Part shown: piece by piece, positions 1 through 10,685 of the stretch
Numbering within the stretch: position 1 is the stretch's first letter
Layout: every line of letters begins with the position of its first letter
Origin: Stegostoma tigrinum
Taxonomy: Eukaryota
Assembly: GCF_030684315.1 (NCBI RefSeq)
Contig: NC_081378.1
Span: 48,278,307-48,342,306 of the forward strand
Direction: 5' to 3'
DNA length: 64,000 nt
Made by a program: the position numbers and the translations under genes
The notes under the pieces: generated by a model
What the model saw: the letters and a program-made list of their open reading frames with translations, nothing else
Database searches by the model: none
What the model was told of the DNA's origin: nothing

Positions 1-350
1 GCACTGTAGTAATTTCACTAGTTTAGCAATTTAGCGCCAAGGCTATTGGAAGATGTGGGTTCAAATTCTACTATGGCAGATGGTGAAATTTCAATTTGAT
101 AGAAATATCAAAATTGGAATTAAAAGCAACCCTAAGGATGGTCACTGTCCTATTGCTGTTAAGTAAAAATCTGATTCACTAATATCCTTCAGGGAAAGAA
201 AACTGCTGTTCTTATCTGGTCTGGCCTACAGTGACTCCAGAACCACAGTAATATGATTGATGTTTAACTGATCTCTGGGCAATTAAGGATGGGCAATAAA
301 TGTTGATCTGGCCAGCAACACACACATCCCATGAAACAATTTTTAAAAAA
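1..350 (+). mobile_element. tRNA-like-headed SINE sharing head and tail with the LINE at 10686-14750
   Basis: B-box-like ggttcaaattc, body 'ttcactaatatccttcagggaa...gtgactccaga', tail 'gggcaataaatg...cacatcccatga' then A-run. Confidence 0.75.
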
Positions 351-682
351 ACATACAATGGGAAGTTTCCATTCCCATACCCAGTATTTGGAAGTATATT
401 AACATCCGCACTTTGCTACAAAGCCAAAACTCATAACTAACAACAAATACTTTCATTCCAGCTTCATTTCTTTGTTATCACATACACAAAAAAAACAGAT
501 TTTTGTAATTGTATTACTGTATCACAGTGAAATCACAAATTCTAGCATGAATTGCTATGTTGGGAGTTGTCAATATTTTCATCTGGGCTTCACCGAGTCT
601 CCTTACTGCTTTTGTGGCTATATCTGCAGTTCATTTACAAAACTGCCCTTTGACTTTCCAGTGGCCAGAGCTTATTACCAGA

Positions 683-2769
683 TATGGAGATAGCAAGAAT
701 TGCAGGTGCTGGAGTCAGAGTCAACAGAGTCAGGTCAGACAGCATCACAGGAGCATAAAAGTTAACATTTCAGGTCAGGACCCTTCTTCATAACTGGAGA
801 GGGGGAACGGAACTCTGAAATAAATGGGGAGTGGTTGGAGCTGGGGAAAGGTAGGTGGGATGGTGATAGGTGGATGTAGACCGGGGTTCTGGAAATTGAT
901 CAGTGCGAAGGGTAGGGCAGATAGGCGGAGAGAAGACAGACAGGTTGTGTCAGGTCAAGGAGGCAAGAAGGAGGATGTGTGGGGCTGGGGAAAGGTAGGC
1001 AGGGTGGTGATAGGTGAATGCAGGTAAGGGGTAGTGGGGATTGGGCATTGGGAAGGCTGGGAGAGAATTTGGACAGGTTGTATCAGGTCAAAGAAGGAGG
1101 TTTGGATGCGGGATGAGGCCAGGGGTAGGGAGATTTTAAAACTGGTGGAATCTATATCTGAGCTAAGTCTGCTTCCTCGTAGGGTAGTGGAACAGTCCCT
1201 TTTATGCTGTTACATCAGCACCATGCTTCACCTCTTTCTCAGTCATATTGATGACTGTATCAGTGCTACCTCATGCTCTCACGAGGAGCTTGAACAGTTC
1301 ATCAACTTTACTAACACCTTTCACCCCCAACCTCATTCACCTGGACCAACTCAAATTCCTGGACCTTTCTGTCTCCATCTCTGGTGACCGCCTCAACACT
1401 GACTTCAATGTCAAAACCACCAACTCCCATAGCTAAGATAACAAAGTGTGGAGCTGGATGAACATAGCAGCCCAAGCAGTATCTTAGGAGCACAAAAGCT
1501 GACGTTTTGGGTCTGGGCCCGAAACATCAGCTTTTGTGCTCCTAAGATGCTGCTTGGCCTGCTGTGTTCATCCATCTCCACACTTTGTTATCTCGGACTC
1601 TCCAGCATCTGCAGTTTCCATTATCTCTCAACTCCCAAAGCTACCTATACACCATCCCATATGCCTCCCCTCACCCACCCTCCTGCAAGAATGCGATCCC
1701 TACTCTCAGCTTCTCTGCTCCGTCACATCTGCTCCCAAGATGGAGTGCTCCACTCCTGGATATCCCAGATGTCCTCCTATTTTAAGGACTGCAACTTGCC
1801 CCCTTCGGTGATCAAAAATGCCATCAACCATATCCCTTGCATTTCCCACACCTCTGCTCTCAAGGCCCCTCTCCCCAAAAAATAAAGACAGCGTCCCCCT
1901 GGTCCTCATATACCACTCCACCAACCCCTGCATCCAGTGTATCATCCTCTGCCATTTCTGCCACCTAAAATCTGACCTCATGACCAAAGAGATATTTCCC
2001 TCCCCAACCCTATCTGCCTTTTGTAGGGACCGCTCACTCTGCGACTCCCTGATCTGCTCCACACTCCCAACTAACCCCACCATACTTGGCACCTTTCCCT
2101 GCAACCGTAGGAAGTGCTACACCTGCTCCTACACCACCCCCTCAGTTCCAGTTAAGGCCCAAAGCAAACTTTCCCTATCTAGCAGGGGTTAGTCTGTACC
2201 TCCTCCAACCTGATCTACTGCATCCATTGCTCCTGATGTGGCCTCCTCTACATCAGTGAGACCAAGCTCAGACTCAGGGACTGTTTCATGGAGCATCTGT
2301 GCTCTGTGAACAATAATCGACAGCACCTTCCAGTTGCTAACCATTCTAACTTCCCCCTACTCCCTTGATGACATGTCTATCCTGGGCCACCTCCAGTGTC
2401 ACAATGACGCCACACGCAAACTGGGCAAGCAGCACCTCATGTTCCACGCAGGAGCCTACAGCCTGTGGCCTGAACATAGAACTCACCATTTTTAAAATCT
2501 CCCCACCCCCAGCCTCATCCCACATCCAAACCTATCACCACCCCACCTATCCTTCCTCTTGCCTCCTTGACCTGACACAACCTGCCCATCTTCTCTCCCA
2601 TCTATCTGCCCTACCCTTTCCACTGACCAATCCCCACCACCCTCTACCTGCACCCACCTATCACCATCCCACCTACCTTCCTCCAGCCCTATCCCTCCTC
2701 TTTCTATTTATTTCCCAGCTCCCTACCTCCTCCACAGTTCTGAAAGAGGTTCCCAACCCAGAATGTCAA
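683..2769 (+). mobile_element. Penelope-like element with inverted 5' pseudo-LTR (683-~1150 minus; body plus)
   Basis: Decayed RT C-terminus and GIY-YIG motif (NLIYCIHCS*CGLLYISETK near 2207); hammerhead-like ends; TSD cttattaccaga 671-682 / cttattatcaga 2770-2781. Confidence 0.85.
1436..1628 (+). mobile_element. Fold-back PLE pseudo-LTR mini-element nested in a PLE
   Basis: Hairpin ~1436-1593 plus a ~35-nt one-sided tail; 15-bp TSD caactcccatagcta / caactcccaaagcta. Confidence 0.85.
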
Positions 2770-2789
2770 CTTATTATCAGACTTTGCTT

Positions 2790-4330
2790 TTTGATTCATT
2801 CATGCAATACAGGTGAACTTGACTAGGCCAGTATTTATTGGCCATCCCTGATACCCTTGAGGTGGTGGTAGTGAGCTAGCTTCTTGAACCACTATGGTTC
2901 ATTTGGCATAAGGATATTTACATTGCTGTTTAGAAGGAAGTTCCAGGATTTTGACCCAACAACAGTGAAGGAGTGTTGACATAGTTCCACATTAGCTGTG
3001 TGCCTTGCAGAGGAGCTTTCAAATGGTGGTGTTCCCATGTGTCTGCTGCCCTTATCTTCCTAGTTTTTAAGAGATCATGAGTTTGGAATGTGCTGTCCAA
3101 ACAGCCCTGATGCATTTCTGCAGGGAATCCAGAAGATGGTATGCACTGCTGCCATTGTCATTGTTTTTGTAGAACCAGTATTTATAAAGCTGATTCAATT
3201 CAATGGTCACCTCGAGGATATTATTACTGGGAATTCAGTGATGGTTATATTGAATGTCAAAGGACAATGGTTTGATGATCTCCATTAAGAGAGAATCTAT
3301 GTTTCAGATTTGTGCGACGACTTGATGCCCGAGCCTGTATGTTTTCCAGATTTTGGGCATATGGACACAGATGGCTTCACTGTCTGAAGTATCGCAGATG
3401 GTACTTAACATCATGCAATCATTGGCAAATATTGCCACTTCTAACCTTATGATGGAGGGAAGGTTGCTGATGAAATAGCTGGAGATGGTTAGATTTACAT
3501 ACTACCCTGAGGAACACATGCAGAGCTACCCTGGAGCTGAAATGACTGACCTCCAACAACCATAACCATCTTCAATTTTACAGGTATGACTTCAACCAGG
3601 AAGAAATCTTTTTCTGATTTCTAATTATTCCTGGTATTGCCAAGGGACCTTGATGCTGTACTCAATCTCAAGCTTAAAGAGTATCATTCCTACCTCACCT
3701 TTTGGATCTAATTCTATTGTCTATATTTGGACCAAAGTTGCAATGAGATCAGAAGCTGGAGAAATCCAAACTAAGAGTCATTATGTAGGTTATTCCATTA
3801 TGAGTGCCACATGATATTACATGGAATGAATCAAATTTGTTAAAGTCTGGTAACGGTGATATTTGACCACAGGAGAAGGCCAAGACGGAGCACATGTGTC
3901 CGGCTGGGTATAGATGCAAATAAAACAGCCTTGTCTTTTGGGCTGTTGTGGTGGACTCTCCTATCATTGAGGGTAACAAGATTTGTGAAGTCTGTTTCTC
4001 CTTTTAGTGATTTAATTAACCATCGCTATTTAGGGTTGGATGTAGTGGGACTGCAGAGCTTAGATCTAATTCACTGACTGTGAGATGGCTTCTCCATGCC
4101 TACTGCATGTTGTTTCTGCTATTTAGTGTAAAGGTACTCCTACATTGGAGCTTCATGAGATTGACATTTGAGCTTTAGATAAGCTTGCCGCTGTTCCAGA
4201 CATGCATTCCTGCATTCTTTTTTCGACCAGGGTTGTCCTCCCAGCTTGATGGTAATGGTGGACTACTGGATATGCTAGGGCTTTCATACGGAGGTTGAAT
4301 ACAAATCTCCTCCATCTGAAGGCCCACTGT
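2790..4330 (-). mobile_element. Decayed LINE, same family as 10686-14750
   Basis: Reverse complement of the family's 3' tail (tttattggccatccct) and RT-region fragments. Confidence 0.7.
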
Positions 4331-4342
4331 GCCTCAGAGAAA

Positions 4343-7170
4343 TCATAGAATGTTACAGTACAGAAGATGGCCATTTGATCCATTACATCTGTATTGGCTT
4401 CTGAAAGAACAACCCAGCCGTATCTCCATACCTCTCTACACACACACACATATACATATAGTATATATGCATATCTCCTTTGAAACTTCCGATGGAATTA
4501 GCCTCCACCATTCCCCGAAACAACACATTCCAAATCCTAATAACTCTCTGAGTAAAGAAGTTTCTCCTCATCTCACTCCTAGCTCTCGTCAATAATCTTG
4601 AAAGTGTTAGCCCTAGTTACTGACATATTAACAAGTGGAAACAAAACTGTTCATAATTTTGAATATTTCAATAAGGTCACCTCTTAAATCTTCTTTGCTC
4701 CAAGAAGAATTAGCCCAAATTCTCAGATCACTTCTTGTACCTAAAATCCCATAATCCAGGTATTATTCTAGAAAATCTCATTTGTAGTTGCATCATGAGG
4801 TTTAAGATCCTTCCTTTAATAAGGTGTCTGGAACTGAACACAATATTCCAAATGTGATCTGACTAATGATTTGTAGTGCTGTAGCATCACTTCCTATTCT
4901 GTACCTACATTTATAAACCCAATTATTCTATAAGGCTTTATAACAACAGGTTACCTTAAAAACAGGTGGCCTTGCCTAGCCACCTTCAGAGAATTATGTA
5001 CGTGAACCCCAAGGTCCCTTTGCTCTAGTACTCCCCTCGAAGTTGTACCATTGAGCCTGTATTGTCTCTGTGTTTCTTCTACCAAAATGCATTACCACAC
5101 ATTTCTCTATATCGAGATTCATCTGACAGGTATCTGACATTTGGCTAACTTGGTCAATGTTCCTTTGAATCACTCAGCATCAACCTCACAATCCACTATT
5201 CTCCCAAGCTCAGTATTACCTGCAAATTTAGAGATTTTGCCCTCAACGCCTATTTCAAAATCCTTTATATAAATTAAGGAAGAGCAAGAGTTCCAACACC
5301 AATCCCTGGGAAACACCACTTTCAACTTGTCTCCAGTCTGAGAAATGCCCATCTATACTTACTTTTAGTTCCCTATATTTTAGCCAAATTTTATTCCATA
5401 ATACCAAGGACCAATCAACCCCAAGTATTTCTAAATTACCAACCAACCTGTCACGTGGAACCATATTAAATGCTCTCTGAAAGTTCAAATACACAACATC
5501 CACAGCACCATCCTCATCCATTGTCTGTGTCACCTTGTCTAAGAACTCAATTTGTCAGACATAACCTGCCCTTGACAAAGCAATATTGACCGTGTTGTAT
5601 TAATTTAATACTGTCTCTGAGTGTATATTTTTATCAGCTATCCCCTGGTTGATGTCAAGGTAACAAGTCTGTAATTTCTTGGGTTATCCTTTGCCCTCAA
5701 CTTAAACGACGGTGTTAAGTTTGCAATCATCCATTCCCTCGGTGCTAATCCTATGTTCAGACAGGCCTGGAAAAATTCTGTCAATATCTACACAATTTGC
5801 TCCCATCCACTCTCTGCAATCTAGGATGCATCCCACCCAGGACTGGAAACTTCTCTACCTGGAGTGCTGCCAGCCTTTTGCACCTCTTTACCTATTTAGT
5901 ACCTCTTTCATACCCATAATCTCATACTTCAGTGAGCAGCTTACCCTGCTTATTCCTTATAGGTTCTCTATTCTCCACTGATCTTTTACTATCAATATGT
6001 TTGAAGAACAGTTTACTATTTGTTTTAGCACAGCCCAACATATTTTCCTTGAGCTTCCTCTTAGCCTTTCTTATTCCAGCATTAGCCCCGCTCATGCATG
6101 AGATACTCTACTGATTTCTATTGCTATTATTATTCTGGTATGCATCATATTGCCTGCTTTCCCCCCCCCCATATTTTCTCATTAATATTCTTAGTCATCC
6201 AGGGAACTCTAGCCTAGCTTGTATACTATTCATCTTCTCCCTGAAAGTCTTCCATTTTTTTATCTACTGTTTTATCCACTAAAATTTGTTTTCAATCAAC
6301 TTGCTCCAATTCAACTTGTAGAGCTCTAAAATCTGTACTTTTCCAATCTGGGATCTTAATCCTTGACTGATTATTTCCTTTTCCAACTTAATATTGAACT
6401 TGTTTATATCACGTTTGCTATTTCCGAAATGCTCCCCCAATCTAACATTCTCTCCTTGGCTTGCCTCATTTTCTACGAGCTGATCCAGAAAGTTCTCCGG
6501 CACGCATTGCAGGAATTTCTCTTCTTTCATGCTTCACACTCCACCTTTTTTCTCCAGTCTATCCTAGAGGAATTGAAATCACCAACTATCCTAACTCTAC
6601 TTGTCCTGCAGGTTTTCATAATCTGCCTACAAATGCTCTCTTCTACTTCCTCCCTACTATTTGCAGGTCAATAGTAAGTACCCAACAAGGACACCGCTCC
6701 CTTCCTGTTTCTCACCTCCAACCATACAGATTCTAATTCGGAACTGTATCTCATTTAAGGGCTATGATATTATCTTTGACCGAGCCTGCGACACCACCTC
6801 CTTTTTTTAAATCCTTCTTCATTGATCAACTCACCCCTGCCTTACAAGTGTAAATCCACCAACTATTTCAGCAAAGACATTAGTTATGCTCATCCATTTA
6901 TGCTCAAGTGAAGCCCATCTCTTTCTCCTTTTCCAGAAGTAATCCTAACATCCCAAAAATCTAAACCCTTGCTCCTATGCCATCCCTCAAGTCAGGCGTT
7001 TACCCCGATCTGACTTTGCCTACATGTTGAAGCTTCTGACAGAGATGGTATTTCTGAGATTACTATCCTGGAGGTCCTGCTTTCAACCTACTCATTAACT
7101 CCTGAAATTGATCTTGCAAGTTGTCCCTCCCTATGTCATTGGTTCCCACATGAACCACAACCACTGGTTG
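4343..7170 (-). mobile_element. Decayed CR1-type LINE
   Basis: Fragments RRNFFTQRVIRIWN, VDVVYLNFQRAF, SGVSQGLVL, ISKFAGNTELG. Confidence 0.85.
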
Positions 7171-7269
7171 TTAACCTTCCCTTTCCATACATGCTTTGAC
7201 ATTGGATCCTTTAAGATTCCCTCCTCAGCTGTGATGAGTGAGCCAACTTCTCTCAGAATCCTCCTCTGT

Positions 7270-7835
7270 CACTTCTCACTATCAACCTCTGTTCTAGTTG
7301 GCCAGTGTTCAGACTGCTGATCCAGTTTTGAGTCGCTGGATCTGTTCAAAGCCTGGCCCATTAGCACAGTGGCTGTATTCTCAATGTGAAGATTGCACTT
7401 CATTTCCACAAGACGAGGCAGTGGTTTTTCCTACCAATATTCCCTCAGACAGAAATATATAAGACAGGTAGATTTGTGAGGTCAAGTAGGTCTTACCCTC
7501 TTGTTGGTTCCCTCATCACTTGCTGTAGGCTCAGTTTAGCAGCTGTATCCTGTAACACTCTGCTAACTTAATCAGTATTGGTGCTAACAAGGCATTCTTG
7601 CTGATGGACATTAAAGCTCCCTGTGCCCTTGTCATACTCAGTCTTTTCTCCAAGTATTTCTAACATTGAAGAGCATTGATTCGTCAGCCAAGAGGGAGCA
7701 GCAAGTAGTAAGCAGCAGGAGGTTTCCTTGCAATATTTGATGTGATGTCTTAAGATTTCATGGGCTCCAGAGCTTATGGCAACGACTCCAAGGGCAACTC
7801 CTTCCCCATGATATACCATAGTGCCATCACCATTA
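7270..7835 (-). mobile_element. LINE endonuclease-region fragment (family of 10686-14750)
   Basis: Reverse-strand similarity to 11290-12200 (EGVALGV). Confidence 0.6.
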
Positions 7836-8782
7836 CGCAGCTGGCCTATATTCTCTGCACCACGTTCTTATTATCCAGAAAAAAAATTTCATACAGAAGT
7901 ATATATTTCTGACTTCACATACATGAAAGGACAGCACTTCAGGTTGAGGTCCTTCAGTAACAGCCAGTGTTATGAGCAAACTTTTTCATCTTTGGTTGCC
8001 AGCTGTATCAAAAGGATTGAAAATATTTTCAAGGGAGTGCAGAAACAAGAGAGTTCCATGAGGTCACGTACACAACTATTTGAAGATAGAAGGAGAAATG
8101 AATGGATCTGCTTTAAAAAGAGGTACCTTGTATTAATAAATAAAGCACAAATGGAAGGAGTTTTGCCATTTTTTTAATGACACACTGGGTAGGGCCCACC
8201 TAGAATATTGTATTATTGTTGTGTAATTATAAGCATCACATTTACAAAAAGGATGCCAGGAAATGCTACAGAGAAGATTTACTATATATTTTCATTACCA
8301 GGAAGGTCAGCAACCAGAGAATGCAGATTTAAAACAATTAGCAAAAGGATGAGAAGAAATTGCTTTGATTCTGACCTGTGATGCTCTGGAATGTACTACA
8401 TGGAAGTGTGGTGGAAGGAGATTCAGTAGTAACTTTCAAAGATGATTTGGATACACACTTGAAAAAGAGAAACTTTCAGGGCTGTGGGGAAAGGACAGAC
8501 GAGTAGGACTAATAGGTATGTCAAAGAGCTGGAACAAACACAAACCAAACTGTCTCCTGCTTTATGATTCTAATTAATCTTTCCTTGCCGAATTAGAAAC
8601 ATAAGAGCAGATTTTCAACTTCAGGTGTCTTGTAAATACATATTAGATATTTAGTTAGAAGCTCCAAAGTCTAAATGTTGTAAAGACCCAGCACAGGTAA
8701 ATGGATTGAATAACCTTCTTTGTAAATTCCATTATTTATAAAATTTGGAGTAAAACTATGAAGCCAACAAAAGAATTAAGTA

Positions 8783-9013
8783 GAGATAATGGGAACTGCA
8801 GATGCTGGAGAATCCGAGATAACAAAGTGTGGAGCTGGATGAACACAGCAGGCCAAGCAGCATCTCAGGAGCACAAAAGCTGATGTTTCGGGCATAGACC
8901 GTTCATCAGAAAACGGTCTTTTTTGATGAAGGGTCTAGGCCCGAAACGTCAACTTTTGTACTCCTAAGATGCTGCTTGGCCTGCTGTGTTCATCCAGCTC
9001 CGCACTTTGTTAT
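8783..9013 (-). mobile_element. Fold-back PLE mini-element with two inverted hammerhead motifs
   Basis: Arms ~8819-8908 / 8923-9013, one-sided ~35-nt tail, approximate TSD aaaagaattaagta / aaaaggaattaatta. Confidence 0.85.
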
Positions 9014-9339
9014 AAAAGGAATTAATTACATCATTTCTTGAAAAAAATTGATTCATGGTTTGATGATCTGTAATATAGCTCTGATCAGATAAATTATTAG
9101 AATTTCCCTTCAACTAGTTCTGACTGGTCTTCCACTAGTAAACTTGAGGTAATTCAAAACTCTGCTGTCCATGTCTTAGCTCATAACTAATTCCAATTCC
9201 CTATCATCTCTGTACTCTCACTGACTACCACTCTAATGAAACCTTAATTTTAAATCTCTAACTCTTGTTTTCAAGGCTTTCTCCTCCCTGACTCTGCAAT
9301 CTCCTCACACTCCACAACTTCTGAAATATGTTAGACTAC

Positions 9340-9792
9340 AAAGCGGACACAAAACATTCTCAAGAGTGTTGCCGGAACTGAAGGGTTTGAATTATAAGGA
9401 GAAGCTGGATAGCTGGGACTTTAACCCCTGGAATGTCGAAGGCTGAGGGGTGATCTTATAGAGGTTTATAAAATCATGAGGAGCATTAGTAAGGTAAATG
9501 GGCAAGATGTTTTTCCGAGGGTGGAGGAGTCTAAAACTAGACGACATAGGTTTATGATGAGAGGGGAAAGATTTAAGATGCGTCCTAGGGGCAACTTTTT
9601 CACACAGAGGGTAGTGCATGTAAGGAATTAGCTACCAGAAGTGGTGGAGAGGGGTACAATTACAACATTTAAAAGATATTTGGACAGGTATATGGGCCAA
9701 AAGCAGACAAGTGGGACTTGTTCTGTTTAGAATACTAGTCAGCATGGATGTGTTAGGCCAAAGGGTCTGTCTCTGTGCTGTATGACTCTATA
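9340..9792 (+). mobile_element. CR1-type LINE 3' end
   Basis: RT C-terminal coding remnant and tail 'ctgtgctgtatgactcta'. Confidence 0.8.
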
Positions 9793-10499
9793 TAATTTTG
9801 CCCTTTCAAGCATCCTCAATTTTAATCACAGCACTGATGGCTGTGCCTTCTGTTGCCTGGGTCTTAAGATATAGAAATGCCTCCCTACACTTTTCTACGA
9901 TCCTACCCCATTTTTCTCCTTTAAGGCATTCCTTATAACTACCTCAACCCATCTATCTTAAATATTCTTAATATCTCTCTTTGTGGCTTTATATCATATT
10001 TTGTTTATAATGGTCTGCAATGTGGCTTGGGACTTTTATTGCAACTAAGTCACCATAAGTAGTTGCTGTTATACTTAACCATTCCTCACCACCAGCATAC
10101 CACTTACTTTCTCCTAATGCTCTTGAAACAAATACTTCTCTTCGAAATTTTGCTACATATGCAAAGTTGGAAATTTCTGAACACATTACATCTGCATGAA
10201 GTGCAGTTATTTGCATCATGACCATGTTTTGACATATACAATTCCCAGGATCAAAGTATCTTGGTTGATTTGCAGCTCAACTCCACTTTTGAATTATTGA
10301 TCCATCTTCCTTGCTTCCCTGCCGAGACAAAGCCTATCTTGCTTAGTCCTGAACATTTTAATTTACGACTCAACACCCACTCCTCCAAAATTAATTACAG
10401 CATTTTGTGGTATCCTGTTTTGATGTTGATTTCCAAACTTTTTAAAACAAAAGTTGCATTCAATAACTTCTTGAAACTGAAAAATTGCATGTGATTTAC

Positions 10500-10621
10500 T
10501 TCCCATCATAAATGAGTTCTGTATTTGGTAACTTTGCATCAATATCGTCGGCAATTCGTTCTACGCTTGGTGATCTGCTTCTCAATTCTGTTTCCTCCTT
10601 GGAACTGGCACTTATTGCACT
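10500..10621 (-). CDS. DNAI7: Probable DNAI7/CASC1 exon 10 (SAISASSKEETELRSRSPSVERIADDIDAKLPNTELIYDG); 3' boundary uncertain
   Basis: Strong acceptor ttttgtag|, open phase-0 frame, Ser/Glu-rich in unique sequence; the donor is weak (AA|gtaaat). Later exons were not found in the window. Confidence 0.6.
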
Positions 10622-10685
10622 CTACAAAATAGTAAAATATTAGTTACATTTTATGAAGATTAATGATGGTAATGAAATTGGTGTG

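Noticed and set aside
2365-2826. Pro/His-rich 153-aa ORF
   Set aside because: It arises from the C-rich PLE 3' region; not a gene.
8783-9013. Hairpins as miRNA precursors or DNA-transposon MITEs
   Set aside because: The arms are PLE pseudo-LTR sequence with asymmetric tails and long variable TSDs; they are multi-copy and too long for typical pre-miRNAs.
350-10490. Further DNAI7 exons (expected VVDL.QF..LGG motif)
   Set aside because: No matching peptide or convincing splice-bounded frame was seen; the region is mostly repeats, so remaining exons probably lie left of the window.
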